DNA from: Candidatus Fermentibacteraceae bacterium
GTDB lineage: Bacteria; Fermentibacterota; Fermentibacteria; Fermentibacterales; JCC-6
Reading direction: 5' to 3'
DNA length: 64,000 bases
Assembly (NCBI GenBank): GCA_041750285.1
Contig: JBGSZS010000013.1
Span: 17,220-81,219, forward strand
The notes beneath the pieces were generated by a model, which made no database searches, was not told where the DNA came from, and saw nothing but the letters and a program-made list of their open reading frames with translations. The position numbers were made by a program, and so were the translations under genes. Of this stretch, positions 10,437-19,860 are shown in pieces; position 1 is the first letter of the stretch; each line of letters starts with the position of its first letter.

Positions 10437-11073
10437 TCCACCCCCCCTTCCCCACCAGGGGCACGAATGAGCACTGGAATGCTTCCTTTTCCTCCATACC
10501 CGACTCCCCCTTCCTGAGAACGGTGAAGGTCTGGGTGTTGCGGTCGCCCACCGGTATGCCGGCGAGTCCCCCGGTTTTGAGCTGGTCGGCCACATCCCGT
10601 GGAAGCGAAGGGGCGCCGGCACTGTAAAGGACCGCGTCGTAGGGCGCAAGGGAGGGCCAGCCCAAAGACCCGTCACCGAAATGCACTACGACGTTCCTGA
10701 CGCCGACCCGGTCGAGGATCGCCCTGGAGGAATTGACGAGCCCCAGAACGGCTTCCACGCAGACGACCCTGTCGAACAGCCGGGACGCCACCGCTGCAAG
10801 GTAGCCGCTTCCGCTTCCGACCTCGAGCATCAGCCCCCCGAAGGACTCCGAGACAGCGGACAGCATCCGTAGCACAGTGGCGGGTTTGCTGATGGTCTGA
10901 CCAAAACCTATTGGCAGCGCTGCATCGGTGCAGGCGAGGTGCGCGAACGCAGGGCTCACGAAGAGTTCCCTGGGGGTCTGCGCCATCGCTTCCGTCACCC
11001 TTGGATCCGCCTCGGGGTACAGCCGTTCAAGGCGGCGTGCAAGCTCGTGGGAGGCGGAGAGGTGATTCTGCAT
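10429..11073 (-). CDS. pcm: Protein-L-isoaspartate O-methyltransferase
   Basis: ALPIGFGQTISKP, LEVGSGSGY, GDGSLGW, APYD, FVPLVG. Confidence 0.93.
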   Translation of the reverse strand: MQNHLSASHELARRLERLYPEADPRVTEAMAQTPRELFVSPAFAHLACTDAALPIGFGQTISKPATVLRMLSAVSESFGGLMLEVGSGSGYLAAVASRLFDRVVCVEAVLGLVNSSRAILDRVGVRNVVVHFGDGSLGWPSLAPYDAVLYSAGAPSLPRDVADQLKTGGLAGIPVGDRNTQTFTVLRKGESGMEEKEAFQCSFVPLVGKGGWNG

Positions 11074-11088
11074 AGGGTCTCCCTGTTG

Positions 11089-11113
11089 AAAAAGAGGCCC
11101 GGAGGCCTCTTTT
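11089..11113 (-). terminator. Terminator after tRNA-Pro(GGG)
   Basis: AAAAGAGGCC-CGGA-GGCCTCTTTT. Confidence 0.8.
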
Positions 11114-11116
11114 ACC

Positions 11117-11193
11117 TGGTCGGGGCGACTGGATTCGAACCAGCGACCACTTGAACCCCATTCAAGTGCGCTACCGGACTGCGCTACGCCCCG
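11117..11193 (-). tRNA. tRNA-Pro(GGG)
   Basis: CGGGGCGTAGCGCAG...CTTGA-ATGGGGT-TCAAG...GTTCGAATC...CCCCGACCA. Confidence 0.97.
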
Positions 11194-11207
11194 GCGGAGC
11201 CGTAATC

Positions 11208-11603
11208 CTAATCCTGCCCACCTTCGGCGTCAACCTTCATCGGGTCGCTCGAGAGCACCCTGATGATGTCACGGATCTCGCTTCGGACGGAGTCCAGATA
11301 ACCGTCCTGCTCATCGCTTTCTGATGGCTGTTCGGGTTCGAGTTCCAGCGCCATCTGGCCCTGGGCCTTCTTCATCTCCTCGAGCTTCTTCCTGGCTCCC
11401 TCGATCGTGTAACCCTCATCGTAGAGCAGCCTTTTTATGTACTGCAGGGTCCGGACATCGCCGGGTCTGTACACCCTGTTGCCCGCCTTGTTCTTGTGGG
11501 GGTTGAGCATGGGAAAGGCCGTCTCCCAGTACCGAAGGACATGGGGTTTGAGGTCGAGGATCCTGCAGACCTCGCTGATGGGGTAATAAAGCTTTTCATT
11601 CAT
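11208..11603 (-). CDS. MerR-family HTH regulator
   Basis: YYPISEV...[11 protein letters not shown]...GNRVY...[12 protein letters not shown]. Confidence 0.92.
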   Translation of the reverse strand: MNEKLYYPISEVCRILDLKPHVLRYWETAFPMLNPHKNKAGNRVYRPGDVRTLQYIKRLLYDEGYTIEGARKKLEEMKKAQGQMALELEPEQPSESDEQDGYLDSVRSEIRDIIRVLSSDPMKVDAEGGQD

Positions 11604-12388
11604 TTCTTCCGCCCCCGGAAAAGCTTCTTCCAGATCGGAGAACCCTTTCCCTCGAGCCTGTCGAGGTCCTCCAGCGCCTTTCTGGCGCCTTCATGATCCT
11701 CCTGCCAGGATAATGCGTTCTCAAAACTCTTTCTCGCAAGAGCGAACTGCTCCGCTCTGGTGTAGATCCTGCCGAGGAGGAAGTGGTTCTCGGGGTTGAA
11801 GTACTCGGCCTCGCAGGCCGCCTTCAGGTACTCGGCCGCCTCGCGAAGACGCCCCCTGCCGTCGGCGGCGATCGCCTGCATCCGCCTCACCTCGGGGTCT
11901 TTCGGGAATGCCATCGACGCCTTGTTCAGTAGGTCGCCCGATTTCCAGAAATCTCCCTCACGGATCAGCCTGCCAGCTGCGGCCTTGATCCTGGCCAGGG
12001 TGCGGGGGTCCATGGCGCCGCCGGGTCTGGGAGCTTCGGCTGCTTCGGCCCGGCGCTGCCTTTCGCGAACGGGAGCCTGCTGGGCCGGGGCTTCCTCCTC
12101 AGCGGTCTCTTCTGTGGGTACGGCCTCCTGGATGACTACCGGTTCGGGCTCCCAGGGCATCGTCTCGGCTATTTCCTCGTCGTACTTCTCACGTTCGGCG
12201 GGATCACTGAGAACAAGGTACGCCTCGTTGATCCTGGCGAACTTCGAGACCGTCTCGGGTGAATCACCGGCCACGTCCGGATGAAACTTCCTTGCGAGCT
12301 CGAAGTAGGCCAGGTCAACGTCTTCCCTGGAAGCCTTTCTTCCTATCCCGAGAACCTGGTAGTGACTGCCGTAGGAGTCAGCGGGCAT
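11600..12388 (-). CDS. J-domain + TPR protein
   Basis: HYQVLGI...KFHPDV...INEAYLVLSDP, followed by TPR-like helices. Confidence 0.9.
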   Translation of the reverse strand: MPADSYGSHYQVLGIGRKASREDVDLAYFELARKFHPDVAGDSPETVSKFARINEAYLVLSDPAEREKYDEEIAETMPWEPEPVVIQEAVPTEETAEEEAPAQQAPVRERQRRAEAAEAPRPGGAMDPRTLARIKAAAGRLIREGDFWKSGDLLNKASMAFPKDPEVRRMQAIAADGRGRLREAAEYLKAACEAEYFNPENHFLLGRIYTRAEQFALARKSFENALSWQEDHEGARKALEDLDRLEGKGSPIWKKLFRGRKK

Positions 12389-12390
12389 CC

Positions 12391-13830
12391 CTACCTCAGT
12401 ACTGTGAAGGCCCTGCTGGCTGACGCGCCGTTTTCCCTCGCAACTATGTAGTAGACACCGTTGGCCATCTCAGCCGGAAGCGCCCAGGAACCGGAGCCGG
12501 ATACCCTGGCGACAACCCTGCCGGAAAGGTCGTGCACGGAAACGGCCGGCGCGCTGAACCCCTGCACGGTGAAGGAGAGGACCGATCCAACCGGGTTCGC
12601 GGTTACGTCAACGGAGGGCGCGGCACCTTCGCCGACACCGGCGTGTTCCTGTTCGGAAATGCCCACACTGGCCAGCAGGTTCATGCAGATCAGCTTGTTC
12701 ATGGAGCGGCACTCGAGGTTGTTCGTCACGATCAGGGTCGTGTCGTTCTGGGAGCCCCAGAAACCGTTGTCATCGACCTCGGGGGTGAAGAAGAACATTC
12801 CGTGCTCGCCGTACTCCCAGTCGCAGGCATCGCCGTTCGAGGGGTAGTTCAGCACTTCGTAGCACCTGCCCCATTCGTAGCCGATGGGTCCCGCCATCTG
12901 GGCGCCCCAGCTCTGGAACGTTGCCTGATCGGGGGTTGGCTGGTTGTTGTATCCCCACGGGTAGATCAGGTATCCGCCGTATGTGTGGTAGTTGAAGCCG
13001 CCAAGGGGCATAAGCTCCTCGATGAGGTCGCGCAGGCCCTGGGTCTCAAGCTCGGAGAAGGCCGCCGATCCCCTGTAGGTCTCGCTGTAGGGGTCTGGGC
13101 TTGAACCCTGGTTGTCGTACCCCCACATGTAGCTCCAGTTCCTGTTGAGGTCGATCCCGCTGGAGGATACCGGATAGCTGTAGTTCATGTTCTTGCGGTG
13201 GTTGGGGCCGCCTGAGGGAAGGTTGTAGTAGTAGGCGTCGATGTTGACCATGGGAACGAAGTAGACCTGGGCGTTGTCGAGGATGAATGTCGCCATGGTG
13301 TCGCTGCCGTACTCGCTGGTGAGCCACTGCGCAAAGTCGATTACCGCGGAGTTGGCCCCCGGTTCGCGCCCGTGAGTGAGTGCGTTGAAGAGGATGACCG
13401 GCGCGTCGGGGTCGGCATTGGTTATTCTGACGTGGTAGATGTCGCGGCCCTGGTAGGACTGGGCGAAGGCGACGGGAGTGTCCACCAGGTCACTGCCGGC
13501 GGCAAGGCTGGCCCAGAAGGCGTTGTTCTCGTTGGGGCCGTAGTAGTATCCGAACTCGTTCCTGCTCTGGTCGTTCATGGGCTGGGCCCACTCCTGTGGG
13601 AGAGCCTTCGCCTGCGGGAACCTCAGCAAGGCATCTTCGACAAAACGGTCCTCCACCATTATGTCTACGAAGCCCTGGCTCCTGCTGCTGTTGGCTATGT
13701 CGTAACCCATCGAGGCGACGTTCGAGAAGTCTGAATCGGTGAGGGCCGGTATCCGGATGAGCCGCCAGGCGAAGGCCCCGGACGAAAGGGTGAGAAGCAG
13801 AACGAAACACAGCGCAGCGAAACGGTTCAT
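12391..13830 (-). CDS. Secreted M14 zinc carboxypeptidase with T9SS-type C-terminal domain
   Basis: Signal peptide, HGRE, DLNRNW, YHTYG; C-terminus NP...DLSGRVV...GVYYI. Confidence 0.9.
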   Translation of the reverse strand: MNRFAALCFVLLLTLSSGAFAWRLIRIPALTDSDFSNVASMGYDIANSSRSQGFVDIMVEDRFVEDALLRFPQAKALPQEWAQPMNDQSRNEFGYYYGPNENNAFWASLAAGSDLVDTPVAFAQSYQGRDIYHVRITNADPDAPVILFNALTHGREPGANSAVIDFAQWLTSEYGSDTMATFILDNAQVYFVPMVNIDAYYYNLPSGGPNHRKNMNYSYPVSSSGIDLNRNWSYMWGYDNQGSSPDPYSETYRGSAAFSELETQGLRDLIEELMPLGGFNYHTYGGYLIYPWGYNNQPTPDQATFQSWGAQMAGPIGYEWGRCYEVLNYPSNGDACDWEYGEHGMFFFTPEVDDNGFWGSQNDTTLIVTNNLECRSMNKLICMNLLASVGISEQEHAGVGEGAAPSVDVTANPVGSVLSFTVQGFSAPAVSVHDLSGRVVARVSGSGSWALPAEMANGVYYIVARENGASASRAFTVLR

Positions 13831-13846
13831 TGTATCCTCCTGAACA

Positions 13847-13875
13847 TTGACAAATGGGCATGAAACAAATAGTTT
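13847..13875 (+). promoter_or_regulatory. Sigma70-type promoter for rpsT
   Basis: TTGACA-17 nt-TAGTTT. Confidence 0.55.
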
Positions 13876-13949
13876 CGCCCTTCACACGTGTATACCCCGG
13901 AAACACTTTCGGGTTTCAGTTCTGGCTATACTGTGAAAGGAGCCGTTCG

Positions 13950-14213
13950 TTGGCAAGGAGCAGGCAGTCGGTCAAGAGACACAACACCGACATTGAGAAA
14001 AGACTTCGCAACCGCAGCAAGCTCAACAGACTTCGCACAGCGTTGCGCAGGGCGGCCGAAGCCGCCGGCACCGAAGACAAGTCCGAAGCCATGAAGAAGG
14101 CCCAGAGCCTTCTCGACAAGGCCGGCCAGACAAGGCTCGTGCACCCCAACAAGGCCCGGCGCATCCAGAGCCGAATGGCCCACAAGGCAGCTGCGGAAGC
14201 TTCAAAAGCGTGA
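13950..14213 (+). CDS. rpsT: 30S ribosomal protein S20
   Basis: SVKR...RLRNRSK..RLRT...LDKA...VHPNKARR..SRM; TTG start after AAAGGAG. Confidence 0.93.
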   Translation: MARSRQSVKRHNTDIEKRLRNRSKLNRLRTALRRAAEAAGTEDKSEAMKKAQSLLDKAGQTRLVHPNKARRIQSRMAHKAAAEASKA

Positions 14214-14218
14214 TATAC

Positions 14219-14239
14219 GGGGGGGCTTTCGGCCCCCCT
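14219..14239. terminator. Hairpin between convergent rpsT and cysS
   Basis: GGGGGGCT-TTCG-GCCCCCC. Confidence 0.7.
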
Positions 14240-14241
14240 CT

Positions 14242-15657
14242 TCACACCCCCGGGCTGATCTCGCTCTCACCCCCGGGCAGGTCCTTCACCACGAATCCCA
14301 GCGATTCCAGGCTCCGGCGCATTTCGTCGGCCTCTTCGAACAGCTTCCGGGTTCTCAGCACGCCCCTCAGGCGGGCGAGGACCGCGCAAACCTCTTCCGC
14401 TCCGGCGGACCGGCCCGCTGAGTCCAGCCTGAGCCCCAGAACTTCACCGGCCAGGTTGTCGAGGGTTTCCGCCATGAACTCGGCGCCGTCCTCACCAGCG
14501 TCCAGCATTGTGTTGCCGGCCCTGACGAAGTCGAAAAGCACGGCCAGCGCCTGTGGGGTGTTGAGGTCGTCATCCATGGCTTCCGTGAAAGCTTTTTTCG
14601 TCGCGGCGCAGAGAGCTTCCGCCCCGCCGGGAGCGTCGGAAGACGCCTTTTCGAGCCTGTTCCTGAACGAGACGAGCCTTTCAAGTGCGCTTTGTGCGCT
14701 CTGGAGGCCCTGGTCGCTGAAATCGAGAGGGCTGCGGTAATGGCTTCTGAGTATGTAAAGCCGCACCACCATGGGGTCGAACTTCTCGAAGATGTCACGG
14801 AGAAGGGTGTGGTTGCCCAGGCTTTTGCCCATCTTCCTTCCGTCAACGGTCACCATGTTGTTGTGAAGCCAGAACCTGGCGAAGGGTTTTCCCGTTGCGG
14901 CCTCGCTCTGAGCGATCTCGCACTCGTGGTGGGGGAACGAGTTCTCCAGCCCTCCACCGTGAATGTCTATCGTGTCGCCGAGGTAGCGCATGGACATGGC
15001 ACTGCACTCGAGGTGCCAGCCCGGATACCCGCGTCCCCACGGGCTGTTCCACTGAAGAAGATGGGAGGCTTCGGCCTTCTTCCAAAGTGCGAAATCCCTG
15101 GGGTCGCGCTTGTCGGAGGCCGTTTCCACCCTTGTGCCCGACATGGCGTCCTCCCCGCTGCGGCCGCTGAGGCTGCCGTACCGTGGGAACGATGAGACGT
15201 CGAAGTAAACGTTGCCCCCGCTGACGTAGGCGTGCCCCCCCGCGATGAGTTTCCCGACCAGTTCGATCTGCTCGGGAATGTGGCCCGAAGCCCGGGGCGA
15301 AACATCCGGCCGCAGGTTGTTCAGGGCGTCCATGTCGTGGAAATAACTGGCGGTGTACTTCTCCGCCAACTCCATGGGTTCGAGCTTCTCGAGCACTGCC
15401 TGCTTCTGGAGCTTGTCCTCGCCCTGGTCGGCGTCGTCGGTGAGGTGCCCGACATCCGTGATGTTCTGAACGTAACGCACGCTGTAACCCCTGCTTCGCA
15501 GCCAGCGCACCAGCACATCGAAGCCGACGTAGCTCTTCCCGTGACCGAGATGGCTGTGGCCGTAGACGGTGGGACCGCAGACGTAAATACCGACGAATGG
15601 AGGGTTAAGGGGTTCGAATTCCTCCTTCGTCCTGGTGACGGAATTGTAAAGCTTCAC
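14242..15657 (-). CDS. cysS: Cysteine--tRNA ligase
   Basis: YVCGPTVY..HLGH, PGWHLECSAM, KMGKS; GTG start overlaps the trpS stop. Confidence 0.97.
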   Translation of the reverse strand: MKLYNSVTRTKEEFEPLNPPFVGIYVCGPTVYGHSHLGHGKSYVGFDVLVRWLRSRGYSVRYVQNITDVGHLTDDADQGEDKLQKQAVLEKLEPMELAEKYTASYFHDMDALNNLRPDVSPRASGHIPEQIELVGKLIAGGHAYVSGGNVYFDVSSFPRYGSLSGRSGEDAMSGTRVETASDKRDPRDFALWKKAEASHLLQWNSPWGRGYPGWHLECSAMSMRYLGDTIDIHGGGLENSFPHHECEIAQSEAATGKPFARFWLHNNMVTVDGRKMGKSLGNHTLLRDIFEKFDPMVVRLYILRSHYRSPLDFSDQGLQSAQSALERLVSFRNRLEKASSDAPGGAEALCAATKKAFTEAMDDDLNTPQALAVLFDFVRAGNTMLDAGEDGAEFMAETLDNLAGEVLGLRLDSAGRSAGAEEVCAVLARLRGVLRTRKLFEEADEMRRSLESLGFVVKDLPGGESEISPGV

Positions 15658-16649
15658 GGCGCACCCATTCCTTCGTAGTCTATCTTCATGGCCTCCCGCA
15701 CCATCTCCATCGTGCGGGCGCCCTCCCTCCGGGCGGACTCGGTCCCCCTGGCGAGAATCTCCTCCACCACGCCGGGTCTGTCGTACCGGGCCCGCCGGTC
15801 CCTCACGGGGTCGAGAAGCTCGTTGAGAATGCGGGCCAGGTTCTTCTTGCACGCGACACAGCCGATGGTTCCGCCCCGGCACGATGACTCGATCCCGGGG
15901 ACCTCTGAGGCGTTGAATGCCTTGTGCCAGGCGAAAACCGTACAGACCTCGGGATGGCCGGGGTCGTCCTTCCTTATCCTGGCCGGGTCGGTCACCGCGG
16001 ACATGACCTTCGTCCGGACCTCGTCCGCGGTATCCTTCAGATAGATGGCGTTTCCCAGGGATTTGCTCATCTTTGCGCCCCCATCCAGGCCGACAAGCCT
16101 CGGTACGTCGCTCACCAGTGCCCTGGGTTCGGGAAACACGTCGCCGTAAAGCTCGTTGAAACGCCTGGCCACGAACCTTGTGACCTCGACGTGGGGAAGC
16201 TGGTCCTCGCCCACCGGTACAAGGTTTGCCCTGCAGAACAGGATGTCGGCGGCCTGGCTCACGGGGTAGCCCAGGAAGCCGTAGGTCATGTCGGTGTAGC
16301 CGTACTGCCTGGCCTCGGTCTTGATCGTGGGGTTGTGCCTGAGCCTGCTCACCGTCACGAAGAGCCCGAAAAGCACCGTGAGCTCGGCAATCTCCGGAAC
16401 CATGCTCTGAATGAAAATGCTTGCGCGGTCAGGGTCAAGCCCCGCACTGATGTTGTCGAGCGCAACCTCCCGGGAATGGACCTTCAGAAGGCCGGGGGTT
16501 TCCCAGTGGGTGGTCAGGGCCTGGACATCTGCGATGATGATGTAGGTGTCCAGCGAGTCCTGGAGCTTCACCCTGTTCCGCAGCGAGCCGACGTAGTGCC
16601 CGAGATGAAGGGGACCTGTGGGGCGGTCGCCCGTGAGTATCCGTTCCAT
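15654..16649 (-). CDS. trpS: Tryptophan--tRNA ligase
   Basis: TGDRPTGPLHLGHY, QAADIL, VPVGEDQ, KMSKS. Confidence 0.97.
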   Translation of the reverse strand: MERILTGDRPTGPLHLGHYVGSLRNRVKLQDSLDTYIIIADVQALTTHWETPGLLKVHSREVALDNISAGLDPDRASIFIQSMVPEIAELTVLFGLFVTVSRLRHNPTIKTEARQYGYTDMTYGFLGYPVSQAADILFCRANLVPVGEDQLPHVEVTRFVARRFNELYGDVFPEPRALVSDVPRLVGLDGGAKMSKSLGNAIYLKDTADEVRTKVMSAVTDPARIRKDDPGHPEVCTVFAWHKAFNASEVPGIESSCRGGTIGCVACKKNLARILNELLDPVRDRRARYDRPGVVEEILARGTESARREGARTMEMVREAMKIDYEGMGAP

Positions 16650-16664
16650 CGTGATGTGTCTCCC

Positions 16665-17675
16665 CTATTGCTTTTCGAGTATGACCGGGGTGTCCTGTTC
16701 CCTGAAGGCCCTCAGATCGATCTCGCCCGCGTGGTTCTCCACAAGGCTGATGATCCGTTCGACGGCAGGCCTCACCGAGGGACAGTACTCGGGATACTCT
16801 TCGAGGTATCTGAGGGTTCTCGGGATGTGGTTCAGGTACCTGGACCTGCCCAGCGCCCTGTACTGCCAGGCGAACGTGCCCAGCGCCTTCACGTTCCGCT
16901 GAACGGCGGTGAAAATGAAATGGAAGATGTTGGAGCCCCCCGGACCCGTCAGGTACTGCAGCGCAGTGTGCTTCCACTCGTCCCCGATGTCCCTGTAGCT
17001 GTCGCGGAGAAGACTTGCGGCATCGTAGGTGGCGGGGCCGAGCCGGGCATCCTGCCAGTCCACTATCCTGAGCCTGTTGTCCTTCACCATGAGGTTCGCG
17101 CCGTGGTAGTCGCGGTGGCACAGCACCGTGTTGCCCTCCATGGCCCTTTCGCAAAGCATCCTGAGGTGGAGCTGGAGGTCGAGAAGCTGGTCGAGGGGCA
17201 CCCGCAGCAGCCTGAAAAAGAGGTGTTCGAGCGTGTGTTCCATCTCCGCCATGAAAAAGCTCGCGGTGAAGTAACGCCGCCCCGCGACGGAGGATTTCGC
17301 GGCCTCTTTCGGAATGCTCTTGTGCAGGTGCTTCAGCATGTCCAGCGCCTGCCTGGTCAGGACAAGGTATGCTTCGGGGCTCTCGATGTCCAGGAGCCTT
17401 ACGCTTCCCAGGTCCTCCTGAACGGCGAAGCCCAGGTCCGGGGAGCAATGGTAAAGAGCGGGAACCGGAAAACCGTGCTTCTGGAGCAGACTGTGAACGT
17501 CCATCCAGGGCCAGAGCGGAACGCGCCGGCTGTCCATGGCGACGAAGGATGAACCTCTGGCCGTGAACCTGAAGAACCTGCGGTTCGAGGCGTCGCCGGA
17601 GATGGCCGAGATCCCGTCGATGTCGGGGTACCTCTCGGTCAGCCAGCTGCGGAAATCATCATTGATGGTGTGCAA
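16665..17675 (-). CDS. amgK: AmgK-like anomeric MurNAc/GlcNAc kinase (APH family)
   Basis: GDASNRRFFR, EDLG, HRDYHGANLM, DWQDA..GP..YD.ASLLRD; adjacent to a nucleotidyltransferase. Confidence 0.75.
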   Translation of the reverse strand: MHTINDDFRSWLTERYPDIDGISAISGDASNRRFFRFTARGSSFVAMDSRRVPLWPWMDVHSLLQKHGFPVPALYHCSPDLGFAVQEDLGSVRLLDIESPEAYLVLTRQALDMLKHLHKSIPKEAAKSSVAGRRYFTASFFMAEMEHTLEHLFFRLLRVPLDQLLDLQLHLRMLCERAMEGNTVLCHRDYHGANLMVKDNRLRIVDWQDARLGPATYDAASLLRDSYRDIGDEWKHTALQYLTGPGGSNIFHFIFTAVQRNVKALGTFAWQYRALGRSRYLNHIPRTLRYLEEYPEYCPSVRPAVERIISLVENHAGEIDLRAFREQDTPVILEKQ

Positions 17676-18501
17676 GATCGCTCCTTCGGGCAAACCAGGG
17701 CAGCACCGCGTTCTCAAGTCTTGAGCCGGCGCTGACCGAGGACCCTTCCAGCATCACCGAATCCTGTATGACGGCTCCCGGTTCCACAACGCAACCCTTC
17801 GATACATGGCAATTGCCGAGGACGCTCGCATCGGGCGAAACGCTCGCCCCGGGGTGTATGAACCCCCCGTGGGCAAGGAGGTTGCGCCTGTATATGTCGA
17901 CTTCGCCCATGTCTGCCCACTCCTCGACCTGCTCATAACCTGCAGGTTCTCCGATAATAAGGGGTGAGAGAAGCCCCTGGAAGCCCTGCAGTCTCGCCGC
18001 CCTCCGGGCGGCTTCGGGTTCGATCACGCAAACCCCCATGTAGTGCCTTGGAACACCTTTCACCACCACTTTACCATAGCTGCCCCAACGGGGAAAGTCA
18101 CCGCACAAAAGGGTGCACAGCGCACCCGAAGCCCGGTGATGGCAGATGAGGCCCCCGAGATCGGCCCTTACCATCATGTCCGTGTTCATGAGCATCCATG
18201 GCCCCGTCATTGTGCCCGCAAGCCCCGCGAGTGTTGCCGCGGCGCCAAGGGGTCTCTCCTCGAACAGAAGCACCGCTTCTCTGCGGGATGCCCTTAGTGT
18301 TTCCCCGAGGACCATGTCGGGGCACCGGCTGGCATTGACGAAAAGACGTTCCGGATCGAGCCGGCCCGCTTCGGTTGCCAGGAGCCCCAGAAGGGTCTGG
18401 TCGCGGAAAGGAAGCAAGGCTTTCGGCCGGAGCAGCGAAAGGGGTTCTGCCCTTCTGCCGAACCCGGCTGTGAGAAGCAGAACCCCTTCAAGGCCCTTCA
18501 C
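17659..18501 (-). CDS. MurU-like NDP-sugar nucleotidyltransferase
   Basis: LTAGFGRRAEPLSLLRPKALLP, EERPLG, C-terminal hexapeptide repeats. Confidence 0.8.
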   Translation of the reverse strand: MKGLEGVLLLTAGFGRRAEPLSLLRPKALLPFRDQTLLGLLATEAGRLDPERLFVNASRCPDMVLGETLRASRREAVLLFEERPLGAAATLAGLAGTMTGPWMLMNTDMMVRADLGGLICHHRASGALCTLLCGDFPRWGSYGKVVVKGVPRHYMGVCVIEPEAARRAARLQGFQGLLSPLIIGEPAGYEQVEEWADMGEVDIYRRNLLAHGGFIHPGASVSPDASVLGNCHVSKGCVVEPGAVIQDSVMLEGSSVSAGSRLENAVLPWFARRSDLAHHQ

Positions 18502-18514
18502 GGCAGGGAAGCCT

Positions 18515-18718
18515 CTATCCGTAAACCTCACTGCGGTTGCAGTCACAAACCTTCACCCTGCGCCTCTGGGGGCGCCAGGCGCCAGTCTCTCCGTACGCGC
18601 ACGCCAGGTGGACGATGGCCTGTTTCTCCTTGCCGCAAACCTTGCATACCTCCACGTGAACCGTCCTGGTTTCGTGGGCAAGCTTGGCGGTGAAGGATCT
18701 GTCCTTCTTCTTGGGCAT
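18515..18718 (-). CDS. Small basic zinc-ribbon-like protein (67 aa)
   Basis: MPKKKDRSFTAKLAHE...CKVC...GAWRPQ...VCDCNRSEVYG; ATG overlaps the GH57 stop (TGATG). Confidence 0.7.
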   Translation of the reverse strand: MPKKKDRSFTAKLAHETRTVHVEVCKVCGKEKQAIVHLACAYGETGAWRPQRRRVKVCDCNRSEVYG

Positions 18719-19860
18719 CAGACATCCTTTCGGATCATGGCCGGGATACCGCCCGCAAGGGTCATCACGGTATCCATGAATGTTCTGTCCGAGTACTCCC
18801 TGGAAATGGCCAGGGCAGTCCCGAGAATCGCTGAAATGCCCCTTCGGACCTGAACGGCACGGTAGCGGCCCGAAGAAGCCCACCAAAACGGGCACGAGTA
18901 TAACATTTCATCGGCAAGACGGGCAACATTTGCCGAGCCGCACGATCTGGCCCTTTCAAGAACGGTGTTCAGAAGCAGCCTCAGGGACTGATGGTCTGGG
19001 TTGTTCGGATCATCCCACAGCGGGAATGGCACCCCGCGTTCGATGTCGGAGGAGGAGGTTGACCAGCTGCCGTCGGGAACCGTCTCCTTTCGCCCCGGAA
19101 AGCGTTCCGCGATCTCGCCGATTGTGGCGAGGCCTGCGCCGTCGCAGTGGGAAAGGGCGTCAAGAAAGGGTTTCAGGAAGCCTTCGACCGCCCCCGGACG
19201 ATGGTGTCCGAACGTCTCTCCATCCATCGCTATCACGATGTAGGAATCCTGGTCACCCATCCAGCCGCGCATCTCCTTCACGAGGCGCCTGGCGATCAAC
19301 CCTCCGTCGTCGCCGTGGAAGGAGATGAAGTTGCTCCAGAAGTTCGACCTCAGAATAACCTTGATCCCGTTGTACTCGGGAATCCAGGAGGCAGGCGCCT
19401 CCCTTCCCGAAAAGACCCAGGGAACGTCGTCGGTGATGGTCCACCGGTAACCGAGCCCGGCGAGGATCGAGGCCGTCCTGCCGTCAAGCGCCATCTCGGG
19501 CGGAAAGACCCCTGAGGGGTTGCCAAACACCGGCATCAGGCTTCGGTTGCCCTCGCCGTTTATCCTGAGCTGCCTCTCCACCTCTTCAGGGGGGATGAGG
19601 GGAAACAGGGGATGAAAGGCCCCGCTCTGGGTGAATTCGCATCCTGAGCACTCCCTTGCCAGATCGAGCGTTTGGGGGCAGTGCAGTGCAAGCTGTTCGG
19701 TAAGGGAAAGATTGAGGTTCACCGTGACCTTCGAGCCCGAATCCCGAAGGAGCCTGAAGACCGGGTTGTAACATTCGGAATCGATCTTCACTACAATGCC
19801 GGGATCCTGGGTGGGTGGCTGATAGAAATGCAGCAGCAGTCCCACAAGGTTTGAGTTCAT
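18718..19860 (-). CDS. Glycoside hydrolase family 57 protein
   Basis: LHFYQP, HPLFPL, FPPEMA, AMDGETFGHH, GSW. Confidence 0.85.
   Translation of the reverse strand: MNSNLVGLLLHFYQPPTQDPGIVVKIDSECYNPVFRLLRDSGSKVTVNLNLSLTEQLALHCPQTLDLARECSGCEFTQSGAFHPLFPLIPPEEVERQLRINGEGNRSLMPVFGNPSGVFPPEMALDGRTASILAGLGYRWTITDDVPWVFSGREAPASWIPEYNGIKVILRSNFWSNFISFHGDDGGLIARRLVKEMRGWMGDQDSYIVIAMDGETFGHHRPGAVEGFLKPFLDALSHCDGAGLATIGEIAERFPGRKETVPDGSWSTSSSDIERGVPFPLWDDPNNPDHQSLRLLLNTVLERARSCGSANVARLADEMLYSCPFWWASSGRYRAVQVRRGISAILGTALAISREYSDRTFMDTVMTLAGGIPAMIRKDV

Noticed and set aside
9912..10676. Extended N-termini given by the ORF track (also cysS, purH, ruvX, mltG, SpoIIE protein)
   Set aside because: The extensions overlap upstream genes; downstream starts with SD or stop-start coupling fit the family N-termini better.
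18543..18725. Alternative 60-aa ORF overlapping the zinc-ribbon gene
   Set aside because: Low-information sequence; the 18515-18718 frame has coupling and a coherent Cys motif.
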